Shown one piece after another: positions 1 through 8,805 of a DNA stretch of 64,000 bases. Positions within the stretch are counted from its first letter, which is position 1; each line of letters starts with the position of its first letter. A program made the position numbers and the translations under genes. The DNA comes from Enterobacteria phage vB_EcoM_IME339. The stretch is from the sequence record MH051915, one strand, 5' to 3'. The notes below the pieces were generated by a model, which was given only the letters and a program-made list of their open reading frames with translations, made no database searches and had not been told where the DNA came from.

Positions 1-204
1 ATGAAATCATATAAAGTAAATTTAGAACTTTTTGATAAAGCAGTTCATCGAGAATATAGAATCATTCAACGCTTTTTCGATATGGGAGAAGCCGAAGAGT
101 TTAAAAACCGCTTTAAGGATATTAGAGATAAAATTCAATCCGACACCGCAACTAAAGATGAACTACTAGAAGTTGCTGAAGTTATTAAACGCAATATGAA
201 TTAA
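1..204 (+). CDS. hypothetical protein at the rIIA.1 position; may be 5-prime truncated by the window edge
   Basis: ORF running from window position 1 to a stop 10 bp upstream of rIIA; position only. Confidence 0.35.
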   Translation: MKSYKVNLELFDKAVHREYRIIQRFFDMGEAEEFKNRFKDIRDKIQSDTATKDELLEVAEVIKRNMN

Positions 205-214
205 TGAGGAAATT

Positions 215-2392
215 ATGATTATCACTACTGAAAAAGAAACAATTCTTGGTAATGGTGCTAAATCAAAAGCATTTAGCATCGCAGCAAATCCTAAAGTATT
301 TAAAATTCTGTCATCTGATTTGTATACAAACAAGATTCGCGCAGTAGTCCGTGAATTGATTACCAACATGATTGATGCCCATGCTCTTAATGGAAATCCT
401 GAAAAATTTATCATTCAAGTTCCAGGACGATTAGATCCGCGATTTGTTTGCCGAGATTTTGGTCCAGGTATGAGCGATTTTGATATTCAGGGTGATGATA
501 ATTCTCCTGGGTTGTATAATTCATACTTTAGTTCATCTAAGGCTGAATCTAATGATTTCATTGGTGGATTTGGTTTAGGTTCTAAATCTCCGTTTAGTTA
601 TACTGATACATTTAGTATTACTTCATATCATAAAGGTGAAATTCGTGGTTATGTAGCTTACATGGATGGTGATGGTCCACAGATTAAACCTACATTCGTA
701 AAAGAAATGGGTCCAAACGATAAAACTGGTATTGAAATCGTAGTTCCAGTTGAAGAAAAAGACTTTAGAAACTTTGCTTATGAAGTTTCTTATATCATGC
801 GACCATTCAAAGATTTGGCTATCATTAATGGTCTTGACCGCGAAATTGATTATTTTCCGGATTTTGATGACTATTACGGTGTAAATCCAGAAAGATACTG
901 GCCAGATCGTGGTGGATTGTATGCTATCTATGGCGGTATTGTTTATCCTATTGATGGTGTTATTAGAGACCGTAACTGGTTAAGCATTCGCAATGAAGTG
1001 AATTACATTAAGTTTCCAATGGGTTCACTTGATATTGCTCCATCGCGCGAGGCTCTTTCACTAGATGATCGTACTCGTAAAAATATTATTGAGCGTGTTA
1101 AAGAGCTCAGTGAGCAGGCGTTTAATGAAGATGTAAAACGATTTAAAGAATCTACATCTCCTCGTCATACATACCGTGAATTGATGAAGATGGGATATTC
1201 TGCTCGAGATTATATGATTAGCAATTCAGTCAAATTTACGACTAAAAATCTGTCATATAAAAAGATGCAGAGCATGTTTGAACCTGACAGTAAGTTATGC
1301 AATGCAGGGGTTGTGTATGAAGTAAATCTTGACCCTCGACTGAAACGCATTAAGCAAAGCCATGAAACTTCAGCCGTTGCGTCAAGCTATCGCCTGTTTG
1401 GTATTAATACGACAAAAATTAATATTGTTATTGATAATACTAAAAATCGTGTTAATATTGTCCGTGGATTAGCACGCGCGTTAGATGATAGTGAATTTAA
1501 TAACACCTTAAATATTCATCACAATGAGCGTCTTCTGTTTATTAATCCGGAAGTAGAATCGCAGATTGATTTGCTTCCTGATATTATGGCAATGTTTGAA
1601 AGTGATGAAGTTAACATTCATTATTTGTCAGAAATCGAAGCTTTAGTTAAAAGTTATATTCCAAAGGTAGTAAAAAGTGCAGCTCCTCGTCCTAAAGCTG
1701 CTACTGCATTTAAGTTTGAAATTAAAGACGGGCGCTGGGAAAAAGAGGAACTGTTTACGCTCACATCAGAAGCAGATGAAATTACTGGCTATGTAGCATA
1801 CATGCATCGTTCTGATATTTTCTCTATGGATGGTACTACATCTCTTTGTAATCCGTCTACGAGTATTTTGATTCGTATGGCTAATCTTATTGGCATTAAT
1901 GAATTTTATGTTATTCGTCCACTTTTGCAGAAAAAGGTAAAAGAACTTGGTCAGTGCCAATGTATTTTTGAAACTCTGCGTGATTTATATGTAGATGCTT
2001 TTGACGATGTAGATTATGATAAGTATGTAGGTTATTCAAGTTCAGCTCAGCGATATATTGATAAAATTATTAAGTATCCTGAACTTAATTTTATGATGAA
2101 ATATTTCAGTACAGATGAAGTTTCCGAAGAATATACTCGCCTTGGTAATATGGTTAGTTCATTGCGGGGTGTATATTTCAATGGTGGAAAAGATACCATC
2201 GGTCATGACATCTGGACCGTAACTAATCTTTTTGATGAATTATCACGTAATGCTTTAAAAAACAGTGATAAAATGGTTGCTGAGTTTACCAAGAAATTCC
2301 GTATTGTTTCCGACTTCATCGGTTATCGCAATTCTTTAAGTGATGATGAAGTTTCCCAAATCGCTAAAACTATGAAGGCCCTTGCGGCCTAA
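215..2392 (+). CDS. rIIA: rIIA protein (membrane-associated, GHKL-like ATPase region)
   Basis: 725 aa, same length as T4 rIIA; lies immediately upstream of rIIB. Confidence 0.9.
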   Translation: MIITTEKETILGNGAKSKAFSIAANPKVFKILSSDLYTNKIRAVVRELITNMIDAHALNGNPEKFIIQVPGRLDPRFVCRDFGPGMSDFDIQGDDNSPGLYNSYFSSSKAESNDFIGGFGLGSKSPFSYTDTFSITSYHKGEIRGYVAYMDGDGPQIKPTFVKEMGPNDKTGIEIVVPVEEKDFRNFAYEVSYIMRPFKDLAIINGLDREIDYFPDFDDYYGVNPERYWPDRGGLYAIYGGIVYPIDGVIRDRNWLSIRNEVNYIKFPMGSLDIAPSREALSLDDRTRKNIIERVKELSEQAFNEDVKRFKESTSPRHTYRELMKMGYSARDYMISNSVKFTTKNLSYKKMQSMFEPDSKLCNAGVVYEVNLDPRLKRIKQSHETSAVASSYRLFGINTTKINIVIDNTKNRVNIVRGLARALDDSEFNNTLNIHHNERLLFINPEVESQIDLLPDIMAMFESDEVNIHYLSEIEALVKSYIPKVVKSAAPRPKAATAFKFEIKDGRWEKEELFTLTSEADEITGYVAYMHRSDIFSMDGTTSLCNPSTSILIRMANLIGINEFYVIRPLLQKKVKELGQCQCIFETLRDLYVDAFDDVDYDKYVGYSSSAQRYIDKIIKYPELNFMMKYFSTDEVSEEYTRLGNMVSSLRGVYFNGGKDTIGHDIWTVTNLFDELSRNALKNSDKMVAEFTKKFRIVSDFIGYRNSLSDDEVSQIAKTMKALAA

Positions 2393-2403
2393 TAAGGAAA
2401 ATT

Positions 2404-3342
2404 ATGTACAATATTAAATGCCTGACCAAAAACGAACAAGCTGAAATTGTCAAACTGTATTCAAGTGGTAATTACACCCAACAGGAATTGGCTGATTGGC
2501 AAGGTGTATCGGTGGACACAATCCGTCGTGTTTTGAAAAATGCTGAAGAAGCTGAGCGCTCCAAAGTTACCATTAGCGGTGACATTACAGTTACAGTTAA
2601 GAGCGATGCAGCTATTGCTCCAGTTGCTAAATCTGACATTATTTGGAATGCATCTAAAAAATTCATTTCAATTACTGTTGACGGTGTAACTTATAACGCA
2701 ACTCCTAATACTCATTCAAACTTCCAAGAAATTCTTAATCTGCTTGTTGCAGATAAATTGGAAGAAGCGGCGCAAAAAATTAACGTTCGTCGCGCTGTTG
2801 AAAAATATATTTCCGGTGATGTTCGAATTGAAGGTGGAAGCTTGTTCTATCAAAATATTGAATTGCGGTCTGGTTTAGTTGATCGTATTCTCGATTCGAT
2901 GGAAAAAGGTGAAAACTTTGAATTTTATTTTCCGTTCCTGGAAAATCTGTTGGAAAACCCAAGCCAAAAAGCGGTATCTCGACTCTTTGATTTCTTGGTA
3001 GCAAACGATATTGAAATTACAGAAGACGGTTACTTCTATGCTTGGAAAGTAGTTCGCAGCAATTACTTTGACTGCCATTCAAATACTTTTGATAACAGTC
3101 CTGGTAAAGTAGTTAAAATGCCACGTACTCGTGTGAATGACGATGATACACAAACTTGTTCTCGTGGTCTGCATGTGTGTTCTAAATCTTATATTCGTCA
3201 CTTTGGCAGTTCAACCAGCCGAGTTGTAAAAGTTAAAGTACATCCTCGCGATGTAGTATCAATTCCGATTGATTACAACGACGCTAAAATGCGTACCTGC
3301 CAATACGAAGTAGTTGAAGACGTTACTGAACAATTTAAATAA
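2404..3342 (+). CDS. rIIB: rIIB protein
   Basis: 312 aa, same length as T4 rIIB; adjacent to rIIA. Confidence 0.9.
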   Translation: MYNIKCLTKNEQAEIVKLYSSGNYTQQELADWQGVSVDTIRRVLKNAEEAERSKVTISGDITVTVKSDAAIAPVAKSDIIWNASKKFISITVDGVTYNATPNTHSNFQEILNLLVADKLEEAAQKINVRRAVEKYISGDVRIEGGSLFYQNIELRSGLVDRILDSMEKGENFEFYFPFLENLLENPSQKAVSRLFDFLVANDIEITEDGYFYAWKVVRSNYFDCHSNTFDNSPGKVVKMPRTRVNDDDTQTCSRGLHVCSKSYIRHFGSSTSRVVKVKVHPRDVVSIPIDYNDAKMRTCQYEVVEDVTEQFK

Positions 3343-3369
3343 GGGCTTCGGCCCCTTACTGAGGAAAAT
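3343..3369 (+). promoter_or_regulatory. hairpin (GGGC-UUCG-GCCC) fused to a GAGG Shine-Dalgarno, ending 1 nt before the ATG; copy 1 of a 27-nt repeated cassette
   Basis: 27-mer gggcttcggccccttactgaggaaaat is identical to 41520..41546. Confidence 0.5.
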
Positions 3370-3370
3370 T

Positions 3371-3565
3371 ATGCTAGGTTATCAAGCACGAGTAAAAGAA
3401 GAATACGATCAATTAATGCTCAAAATTAATGCATTGAGCAAATTTTTAGAAAGTGAAAAGTTTTCAACGGTTAATGCAGTTGAGCAAGAATTACTGCTTT
3501 CGCAGTTTATCTCAATGAAATCTTATGCAGATTGTTTAGAGAAAAGAATTGCACAATTCAAATAA
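3371..3565 (+). CDS. small hypothetical protein (64 aa) between rIIB and denB
   Basis: ATG follows the hairpin/SD cassette; ORF is bracketed by hairpins; in frame with table ORF 3314..3565. Confidence 0.45.
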   Translation: MLGYQARVKEEYDQLMLKINALSKFLESEKFSTVNAVEQELLLSQFISMKSYADCLEKRIAQFK

Positions 3566-3568
3566 AAT

Positions 3569-3592
3569 AAAGGGCTTCGGCCCTTTTGTTTT
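3569..3592 (+). terminator. rho-independent terminator-like hairpin with UUCG loop and T-tract
   Basis: agggcttcggccct followed by tttgtttt. Confidence 0.6.
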
Positions 3593-3651
3593 AAGGGAAG
3601 TTATGATTTATTATATGAATATCAGTAATTCCGACGTAAAAGGAAAGTTTA

Positions 3652-4209
3652 ATGCAGAAAACGAATCCGGGTTTACAGAGACTATTTCAGATTCCGACAT
3701 TTACCCTATCAAACAATGACTTGACTAGTGAAATGAAGGTCAAAATTGCTGATACAGCAAGATACTCTTTAAAACAAAATCCTAATCAGGATAAAGCAGA
3801 AGTTATCGAAAGATGCCGTATTGCGGTGTACGCAGAATTTTTTGTAGCAGATTGGCTGAGCGGGTATGTTAACAAAGGCCAAGAGGATGTTAATGACCCG
3901 TATACATATGCGTGGGATGTACTGGCGCATCCAAAATACTGTGGGCTTCGTGTAGAAGTCAAAACACATCAAACTGACTCACGTTGGATTTCGGTAACAA
4001 CTGGATGCAGTGGAGAGTATCCATACGGTTCTGGAATAAATCTAGGGCCCATTCTGAATCATCAGGTCGCTGACTGTATAATTATATTCAACACTAAAGA
4101 AATTCATCCAGGTGTCATCCAGTACACTCCGAAGTTCATCGGTGATAGAGAAGACCTTCGTAAGGTTGTAAGAAAAAGCAACTACAACGGATGGTATCTT
4201 TCCATTTAA
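3652..4209 (+). CDS. denB: endonuclease IV (dC-DNA specific)
   Basis: 185 aa, same length as T4 DenB; synteny between rIIB and ndd. Confidence 0.75.
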   Translation: MQKTNPGLQRLFQIPTFTLSNNDLTSEMKVKIADTARYSLKQNPNQDKAEVIERCRIAVYAEFFVADWLSGYVNKGQEDVNDPYTYAWDVLAHPKYCGLRVEVKTHQTDSRWISVTTGCSGEYPYGSGINLGPILNHQVADCIIIFNTKEIHPGVIQYTPKFIGDREDLRKVVRKSNYNGWYLSI

Positions 4210-4225
4210 AAATTTTCACAAAACG

Positions 4226-4256
4226 GTTTACATACCACAAGGACTGTGGTACTATA
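4226..4256 (+). promoter_or_regulatory. T4-type early promoter (GTTTAC -35, TACTAT -10)
   Basis: aaacggtttaca...gtggtactatacaactatc matches the conserved early-promoter block seen repeatedly in this window. Confidence 0.5.
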
Positions 4257-4290
4257 CAACTATCAACTGATACGGATTTGGAGAATAAAA

Positions 4291-4496
4291 TGTTTACTAC
4301 AGCTGAATTAAAACGAGCAAAAGCTAAGAAAGGGCAAGGAAAATATAAAGCTGAATTAGTTAAAGAACTTCAGTTTGCTGAGGCTGAATTGAATTCGATG
4401 ATTATTCAAAATGCTCCAGAAACTGAAATTGCTCTTAAACGTATTGCGAATAAGTGTCTTCGTGATGCAATCGTCGATCTTTTAGCGGATTATTGA
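4291..4496 (+). CDS. hypothetical protein (68 aa)
   Basis: ATG downstream of early promoter with GGAGAA SD; internal start of table ORF 4191..4496. Confidence 0.45.
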
Positions 4497-4765
4497 GTAA
4501 AATGAAATTTAAATTTTATTACGCTAAACATAAAATAACTGATGAGTTTGTGTCAGTTGAATATTCTAGCGATGATGAAGGTATGATTTATACTCGCTTG
4601 GGACTATCGCATTGGGAGTCTGATACGCCTTATTTTTCAACTCCCGAAGAAATTACACGTTTAGTTAATGGTCATATGAATGACCACTGGAATGTAATTC
4701 TTTCAGATAGTCTTAAAGCGGCTATTAATAGTAATGAAATGAAAATCGCTGAGATTGAACTATGA
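4493..4765 (+). CDS. hypothetical protein (90 aa)
   Basis: ORF with ATGA start/stop overlap to the upstream gene. Confidence 0.5.
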   Translation: MSKMKFKFYYAKHKITDEFVSVEYSSDDEGMIYTRLGLSHWESDTPYFSTPEEITRLVNGHMNDHWNVILSDSLKAAINSNEMKIAEIEL

Positions 4766-4848
4766 GTTCATTGTGGTGGTGTTTTGTTTGGTTAATTAGT
4801 ATTCCATTAATTTGTTTAGTATTTACTTTTGTGATGAGGTTATTATGA
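4762..4848 (+). CDS. micro-ORF, hydrophobic peptide (28 aa)
   Basis: MSSLWWCFVWLISIPLICLVFTFVMRLL; ATGA overlap with upstream gene. Confidence 0.35.
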   Translation: MSSLWWCFVWLISIPLICLVFTFVMRLL

Positions 4849-4943
4849 AAATTTTGAATTCTGTACTTATTGCTTGTGCATGGTGGGTTGCGCAAGTTTC
4901 AGCAGTAGTAGTTGGTATTCACATTTATTACGAATATTTTTAA
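4845..4943 (+). CDS. micro-ORF, hydrophobic peptide (32 aa)
   Basis: MKILNSVLIACAWWVAQVSAVVVGIHIYYEYF; GAGG SD upstream. Confidence 0.4.
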   Translation: MKILNSVLIACAWWVAQVSAVVVGIHIYYEYF

Positions 4944-4950
4944 AAAAGTT

Positions 4951-4980
4951 GTTTACAAGACTGTTCCTCTGTGGTATTAT
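4951..4980 (+). promoter_or_regulatory. T4-type early promoter
   Basis: gtttacaagactgttcctctgtggtattat. Confidence 0.45.
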
Positions 4981-5008
4981 TACCCTATCAACTACGGAGG
5001 AACAGAAA

Positions 5009-5122
5009 ATGAAAAAGATTGTTAAAGCTATATGGAATGTAGTTATAATACTAATAGTTTTGAGTATATTCCCAATCGTTTTAATGATTGATGTATTAAA
5101 CGCTTACTTTGGATTTATGTGA
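5009..5122 (+). CDS. micro-ORF, predicted single-pass membrane peptide (37 aa)
   Basis: GGAGG SD then ATG; MKKIVKAIWNVVIILIVLSIFPIVLMIDVLNAYFGFM. Confidence 0.45.
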   Translation: MKKIVKAIWNVVIILIVLSIFPIVLMIDVLNAYFGFM

Positions 5123-5129
5123 GGAAAAT

Positions 5130-5327
5130 ATGAAGCGTAAACGTAGTGCTTTTACATTTATGGAATGGTTTTTCGATAATATTTTTCCAGCTTTATTCAT
5201 TTTCATGCTGATTTTCGCCTTAGGTTCAGTTGTAGTTGGAATCTATTTGATGGCAGTTGTCGGAATGGATATTCACCAAAATGGTTTGAAATCTGTGGTT
5301 GAAACAATTTGGAATGGCGTAAAATGA
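5130..5327 (+). CDS. small predicted membrane protein (65 aa)
   Basis: GAGG SD then ATG; hydrophobic stretch FIFMLIFALGSVVVGIYLMAVVG. Confidence 0.45.
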   Translation: MKRKRSAFTFMEWFFDNIFPALFIFMLIFALGSVVVGIYLMAVVGMDIHQNGLKSVVETIWNGVK

Positions 5328-5434
5328 TGAATTTGCTGAGTGGTTGGTTTTATATTCTCATGTTTTACATTGGTGCAAATTTCCCATATTGGATGGGATG
5401 GTCAACAACTGCATTTGGATTTTATACTCCTTGA
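5324..5434 (+). CDS. micro-ORF, hydrophobic aromatic-rich peptide (36 aa)
   Basis: MMNLLSGWFYILMFYIGANFPYWMGWSTTAFGFYTP; ATGA overlap. Confidence 0.35.
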   Translation: MMNLLSGWFYILMFYIGANFPYWMGWSTTAFGFYTP

Positions 5435-5442
5435 GGTGAATT

Positions 5443-5658
5443 ATGAAAATTTTTAAAGATGTAAAAGTTGGTGAAATTTTCTGTTTAGATAACGGTGATC
5501 AGTTAATTCGTATTTCACCTCTTAAGAGCACTAGCGAGAAACCGACAGTTAATGCTACTTTAGCAAATAATAGTAATGAACGTTTCTGTATTGAAAATGA
5601 TACTGAAACTTATACTGTAGAAGAGTTCTGGGAATTAAGCGTCGACTGCGACGATTAA
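5443..5658 (+). CDS. hypothetical protein (71 aa)
   Basis: ORF with GAGGTG SD. Confidence 0.5.
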   Translation: MKIFKDVKVGEIFCLDNGDQLIRISPLKSTSEKPTVNATLANNSNERFCIENDTETYTVEEFWELSVDCDD

Positions 5659-5718
5659 TTTAATGGCCGTGTGTATTCATGCGGCCTTGGAGTAGAAAAT
5701 AATTTAGAGGAAATTAAT

Positions 5719-6177
5719 ATGAAATATATGACTGTTACTGATCTGAACAATGCAGGCGCTACCGTTATTGGTACAATCAAGAACGGTGAATGGCTTTTGG
5801 GAGTTCCACATAAAGATATTTTATCTAAACCTGGATTTTACTTTTTAGTAAGTAAATTAGATGGTCGTCTATTTAGTAATCCATGTGTGTCTGCACGATT
5901 TTATGTAGGTAATCAACGTTCTAAGCAAGGATTCAGCGCAGTTCTAAGTCATATTCGCCAGCGTCGGTCTCAGCTTGCGCGTACTATTGCAAATAACAAT
6001 GTTACATACACGGTATTTTATTTACCTGCTTCTAAGATGAAACCTCTGACGACGGGATTTGGTAAAGGTCAGTTAGCTTTGGCGTTTACTCGTAATCATC
6101 ATTCTGAGTATCAAACGCTTGAAGAAATGAACCGTATGTTGGCTGATAATTTTAAATTTGTTTTGCAGGCATATTAA
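5719..6177 (+). CDS. ndd: nucleoid disruption protein
   Basis: Begins [13 protein letters not shown] as T4 Ndd does (about 151 aa); GAGG SD; table ORF upstream extension begins with GTG. Confidence 0.8.
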
Positions 6178-6257
6178 TGAGCAATTTCCATAACGAACAT
6201 GTGATGCAGTTCTATCGTAACAATCTTAAAACTAAAGGCGTCTTCGGACGCCAGTGA
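6177..6257 (+). CDS. stp: Stp peptide (26 aa), activator of host PrrC anticodon nuclease
   Basis: Translation [26 protein letters not shown] matches T4 Stp as I recall it; start overlaps ndd stop. Confidence 0.8.
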
Positions 6258-6264
6258 GGAAAAT

Positions 6265-6420
6265 ATGAATATTGCGAAACTATTAGGAGTTATTTCATTT
6301 ATTTGTTGGATAGTAGCATGTGTTTTAACTATCTGTATTGATGTCAGCAGCGTGTTTTCGCAAGCTTTAGCTCAGGGTATGTGTGCATATTTAACATTTG
6401 CGTTGTTATCTAATGATTAA
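6265..6420 (+). CDS. ac: small membrane protein at the ac (acridine sensitivity) locus, 51 aa
   Basis: Position between stp and 52; hydrophobic MNIAKLLGVISFICWIVACVLTICIDV... Confidence 0.6.
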   Translation: MNIAKLLGVISFICWIVACVLTICIDVSSVFSQALAQGMCAYLTFALLSND

Positions 6421-6553
6421 GAAAATCTTGGGCTACTCGGTAGCCCTTGCTATTTTATTGATAGCACTATATTATGGAGTAATGTTCGGATTAATTCAAG
6501 TCGTGCTTTTCATTTCTGATGTTATTATGGCACTACATTCACTAGTATGGTAA
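6413..6553 (+). CDS. small hydrophobic protein (46 aa) at the 52.1 position
   Basis: MIKKILGYSVALAILLIALYYGVMFGLIQVV...; overlaps ac stop. Confidence 0.45.
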   Translation: MIKKILGYSVALAILLIALYYGVMFGLIQVVLFISDVIMALHSLVW

Positions 6554-6557
6554 ATTT

Positions 6558-7886
6558 ATGCAACTGAATAATCGCGATTTAAAAAGTATCATTGATAATG
6601 AAGCACTGGCTTATGCCATGTACACGGTTGAAAATCGTGCTATTCCAAATATGATTGATGGATTTAAGCCAGTTCAACGATTTGTTATTGCTCGAGCTCT
6701 TGATTTGGCGCGAGGAAATAAAGATAAGTTTCACAAACTTGCTTCTATTGCAGGTGGTGTAGCTGACCTTGGATATCATCATGGTGAAAACTCTGCGCAA
6801 GACGCGGGGGCTTTGATGGCTAACACGTGGAATAATAACTTTCCTTTGTTAGATGGTCAAGGAAACTTTGGTTCTCGTACCGTTCAAAAAGCAGCAGCAA
6901 GTCGTTATATTTTTGCTCGTGTAAGTAAAAATTTCTATAGTGTATATAAAGATACTGAATATGCTCCGGTACATCAAGATAAAGAACACATTCCGCCTGC
7001 TTTCTATTTGCCTATTATTCCTACTGTTCTTCTTAATGGTGTTTCCGGTATTGCAACTGGTTATGCAACTTACATTCTTCCTCATAGTGTTTCTTCTGTC
7101 AAGAAAGCTGTACTGCAAGCTCTTCAAGGAAAGAAAGTAACTAAACCGAAGGTAGAATTCCCAGAATTTCGCGGTGAAGTCGTTGAAATTGACGGTCAAT
7201 ATGAAATTCGTGGAACGTACAAGTTTACTTCACGAACTCAAATGAATATCACTGAGATTCCGTATAAGTATGATCGTGAAACTTATGTGAGTAAAATCTT
7301 AGACCCGCTTGAAGATAAAGGCTTCATTACATGGGATGATGCTTGCGGTGAGCATGGTTTTGGCTTCAAAGTTAAATTCCGCAAAGAATATTCTTTGAGC
7401 GATAACGAAGAAGAACGCCATGCAAAAATCATGAAAGACTTCGGGTTGATTGAGCGTCGTTCTCAGAATATTACAGTCATCAACGAGAAAGGAAAGCTGC
7501 AAGTTTACGATAACGTAGTTGATTTAATCAAAGACTTCGTTGAAGTTCGTAAAACTTATGTCCAAAAACGAATTGATAACAAAATTAAAGAAACTGAATC
7601 AGCATTTCGTTTAGCCTTTGCCAAGGCGCATTTCATTAAGAAAGTAATTTCAGGTGAAATTGTTGTGCAGGGTAAAACTCGTAAAGAACTGACCGAAGAA
7701 CTTTCTAAAATTGAGATGTATTCTTCTTATGTTGATAAACTAGTCGGAATGAATATTTTTCATATGACTTCCGACGAAGCAAAGAAACTTGCTGAAGAAG
7801 CTAAAGCTAAGAAAGAAGAAAACGAATATTGGAAAACTACTGATGTAGTTACAGAATACACTAAAGATTTAGAGGAAATCAAATGA
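6558..7886 (+). CDS. 52: DNA topoisomerase II medium subunit (GyrA-like)
   Basis: 442 aa, same length as T4 gp52; synteny. Confidence 0.9.
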   Translation: MQLNNRDLKSIIDNEALAYAMYTVENRAIPNMIDGFKPVQRFVIARALDLARGNKDKFHKLASIAGGVADLGYHHGENSAQDAGALMANTWNNNFPLLDGQGNFGSRTVQKAAASRYIFARVSKNFYSVYKDTEYAPVHQDKEHIPPAFYLPIIPTVLLNGVSGIATGYATYILPHSVSSVKKAVLQALQGKKVTKPKVEFPEFRGEVVEIDGQYEIRGTYKFTSRTQMNITEIPYKYDRETYVSKILDPLEDKGFITWDDACGEHGFGFKVKFRKEYSLSDNEEERHAKIMKDFGLIERRSQNITVINEKGKLQVYDNVVDLIKDFVEVRKTYVQKRIDNKIKETESAFRLAFAKAHFIKKVISGEIVVQGKTRKELTEELSKIEMYSSYVDKLVGMNIFHMTSDEAKKLAEEAKAKKEENEYWKTTDVVTEYTKDLEEIK

Positions 7887-8032
7887 GTCCATTCATTGGT
7901 ATTACAAGCGCAGCATTAGTATCTGGTAGCATTTTACTGGCGGGTTTAGGTGTTGTTCCAGCCGTAGCAGGAGGTCTTCTTGCGTTCGGCATTCAACGTG
8001 TTATTATGACAGTTATCACTGTCATGCAGTAA
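7883..8032 (+). CDS. small hydrophobic peptide (49 aa)
   Basis: ATG overlaps gene 52 stop; MSPFIGITSAALVSGSILLAGLGVVPAVAGGLLAFGIQRVIMTVITVMQ; followed by terminator. Confidence 0.4.
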   Translation: MSPFIGITSAALVSGSILLAGLGVVPAVAGGLLAFGIQRVIMTVITVMQ

Positions 8033-8037
8033 TTTTA

Positions 8038-8063
8038 GGGAGAGCCGAGGCTCTCCCTTTTTT
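8038..8063 (+). terminator. rho-independent terminator hairpin with T-tract
   Basis: gggagagccgaggctctccc then tttttt. Confidence 0.65.
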
Positions 8064-8088
8064 ATTTCAAAAATTTTTTCACAAAACG

Positions 8089-8118
8089 GTTTACAACCAA
8101 AGCATACTGTGGTACTAT
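8089..8118 (+). promoter_or_regulatory. T4-type early promoter upstream of motA
   Basis: aaaattttttcacaaaacggtttaca...ggtactatacaactatc; same block as at 25286..25339. Confidence 0.55.
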
Positions 8119-8159
8119 ACAACTATCAACTACTGATACAGAATTACGGAGATTAGAAA

Positions 8160-8795
8160 ATGTCTAAAGTAACTTACATCATCAAAGCTTCTAACGATGT
8201 TCTGAATGAAAAAACTGCTGCGATTTTAATTACCATTGCTAAGAAAGATTTCATTACAGCCGCAGAAGTTCGTGAGGTGCATCCAGATTTAGGTAACGCA
8301 GTAGTTAATAGTAATATTGGGGTATTGATTAAAAAAGGCCTGGTGGAGAAATCTGGTGATGGATTAATCATTACTGGTGAAGCTCAGGATATTATTTCAA
8401 ATGCAGCAACTTTATACGCACAGGAAAATGCTCCTGAATTACTTAAAAAACGAGCAACTCGTAAAGCTCGCGAGATTACTTCTGATATGGAAGAAGATAA
8501 AGACTTCATGTTAAAACTTTTAGATGAAAATGGATTTGTTCTTAAAAAGGTTGAAACTTATCGTAGTAACTATCTCGCTATTTTAGAAAAACGCACTCAC
8601 GGAATTCGCAATTTTGAAATTAACAACAATGGAAATATGCGAATTTTTGGATACAAAATGATGGAACATCATATTCAGAAATTTACTGATATCGGAATGT
8701 CATGTAAAATCGCTAAAAACGGTAATGTGTATCTTGACATTAAACGCTCAGCAGAAAACATTGGAGCTGTAATTACTGTAGCATCTGAACTGTGA
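8160..8795 (+). CDS. motA: MotA, activator of middle transcription
   Basis: 211 aa, same length as T4 MotA; synteny next to gene 52. Confidence 0.85.
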   Translation: MSKVTYIIKASNDVLNEKTAAILITIAKKDFITAAEVREVHPDLGNAVVNSNIGVLIKKGLVEKSGDGLIITGEAQDIISNAATLYAQENAPELLKKRATRKAREITSDMEEDKDFMLKLLDENGFVLKKVETYRSNYLAILEKRTHGIRNFEINNNGNMRIFGYKMMEHHIQKFTDIGMSCKIAKNGNVYLDIKRSAENIGAVITVASEL

Positions 8796-8805
8796 GGAAT
8801 AAATA

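Noticed and set aside
4874-5122. 82-aa version of the ORF starting at 4874
   Set aside because: An early promoter (4951..4980) and a strong GGAGG ribosome-binding site sit inside this frame just before the ATG at 5009; the upstream extension overlaps the previous micro-ORF and is more likely untranslated.
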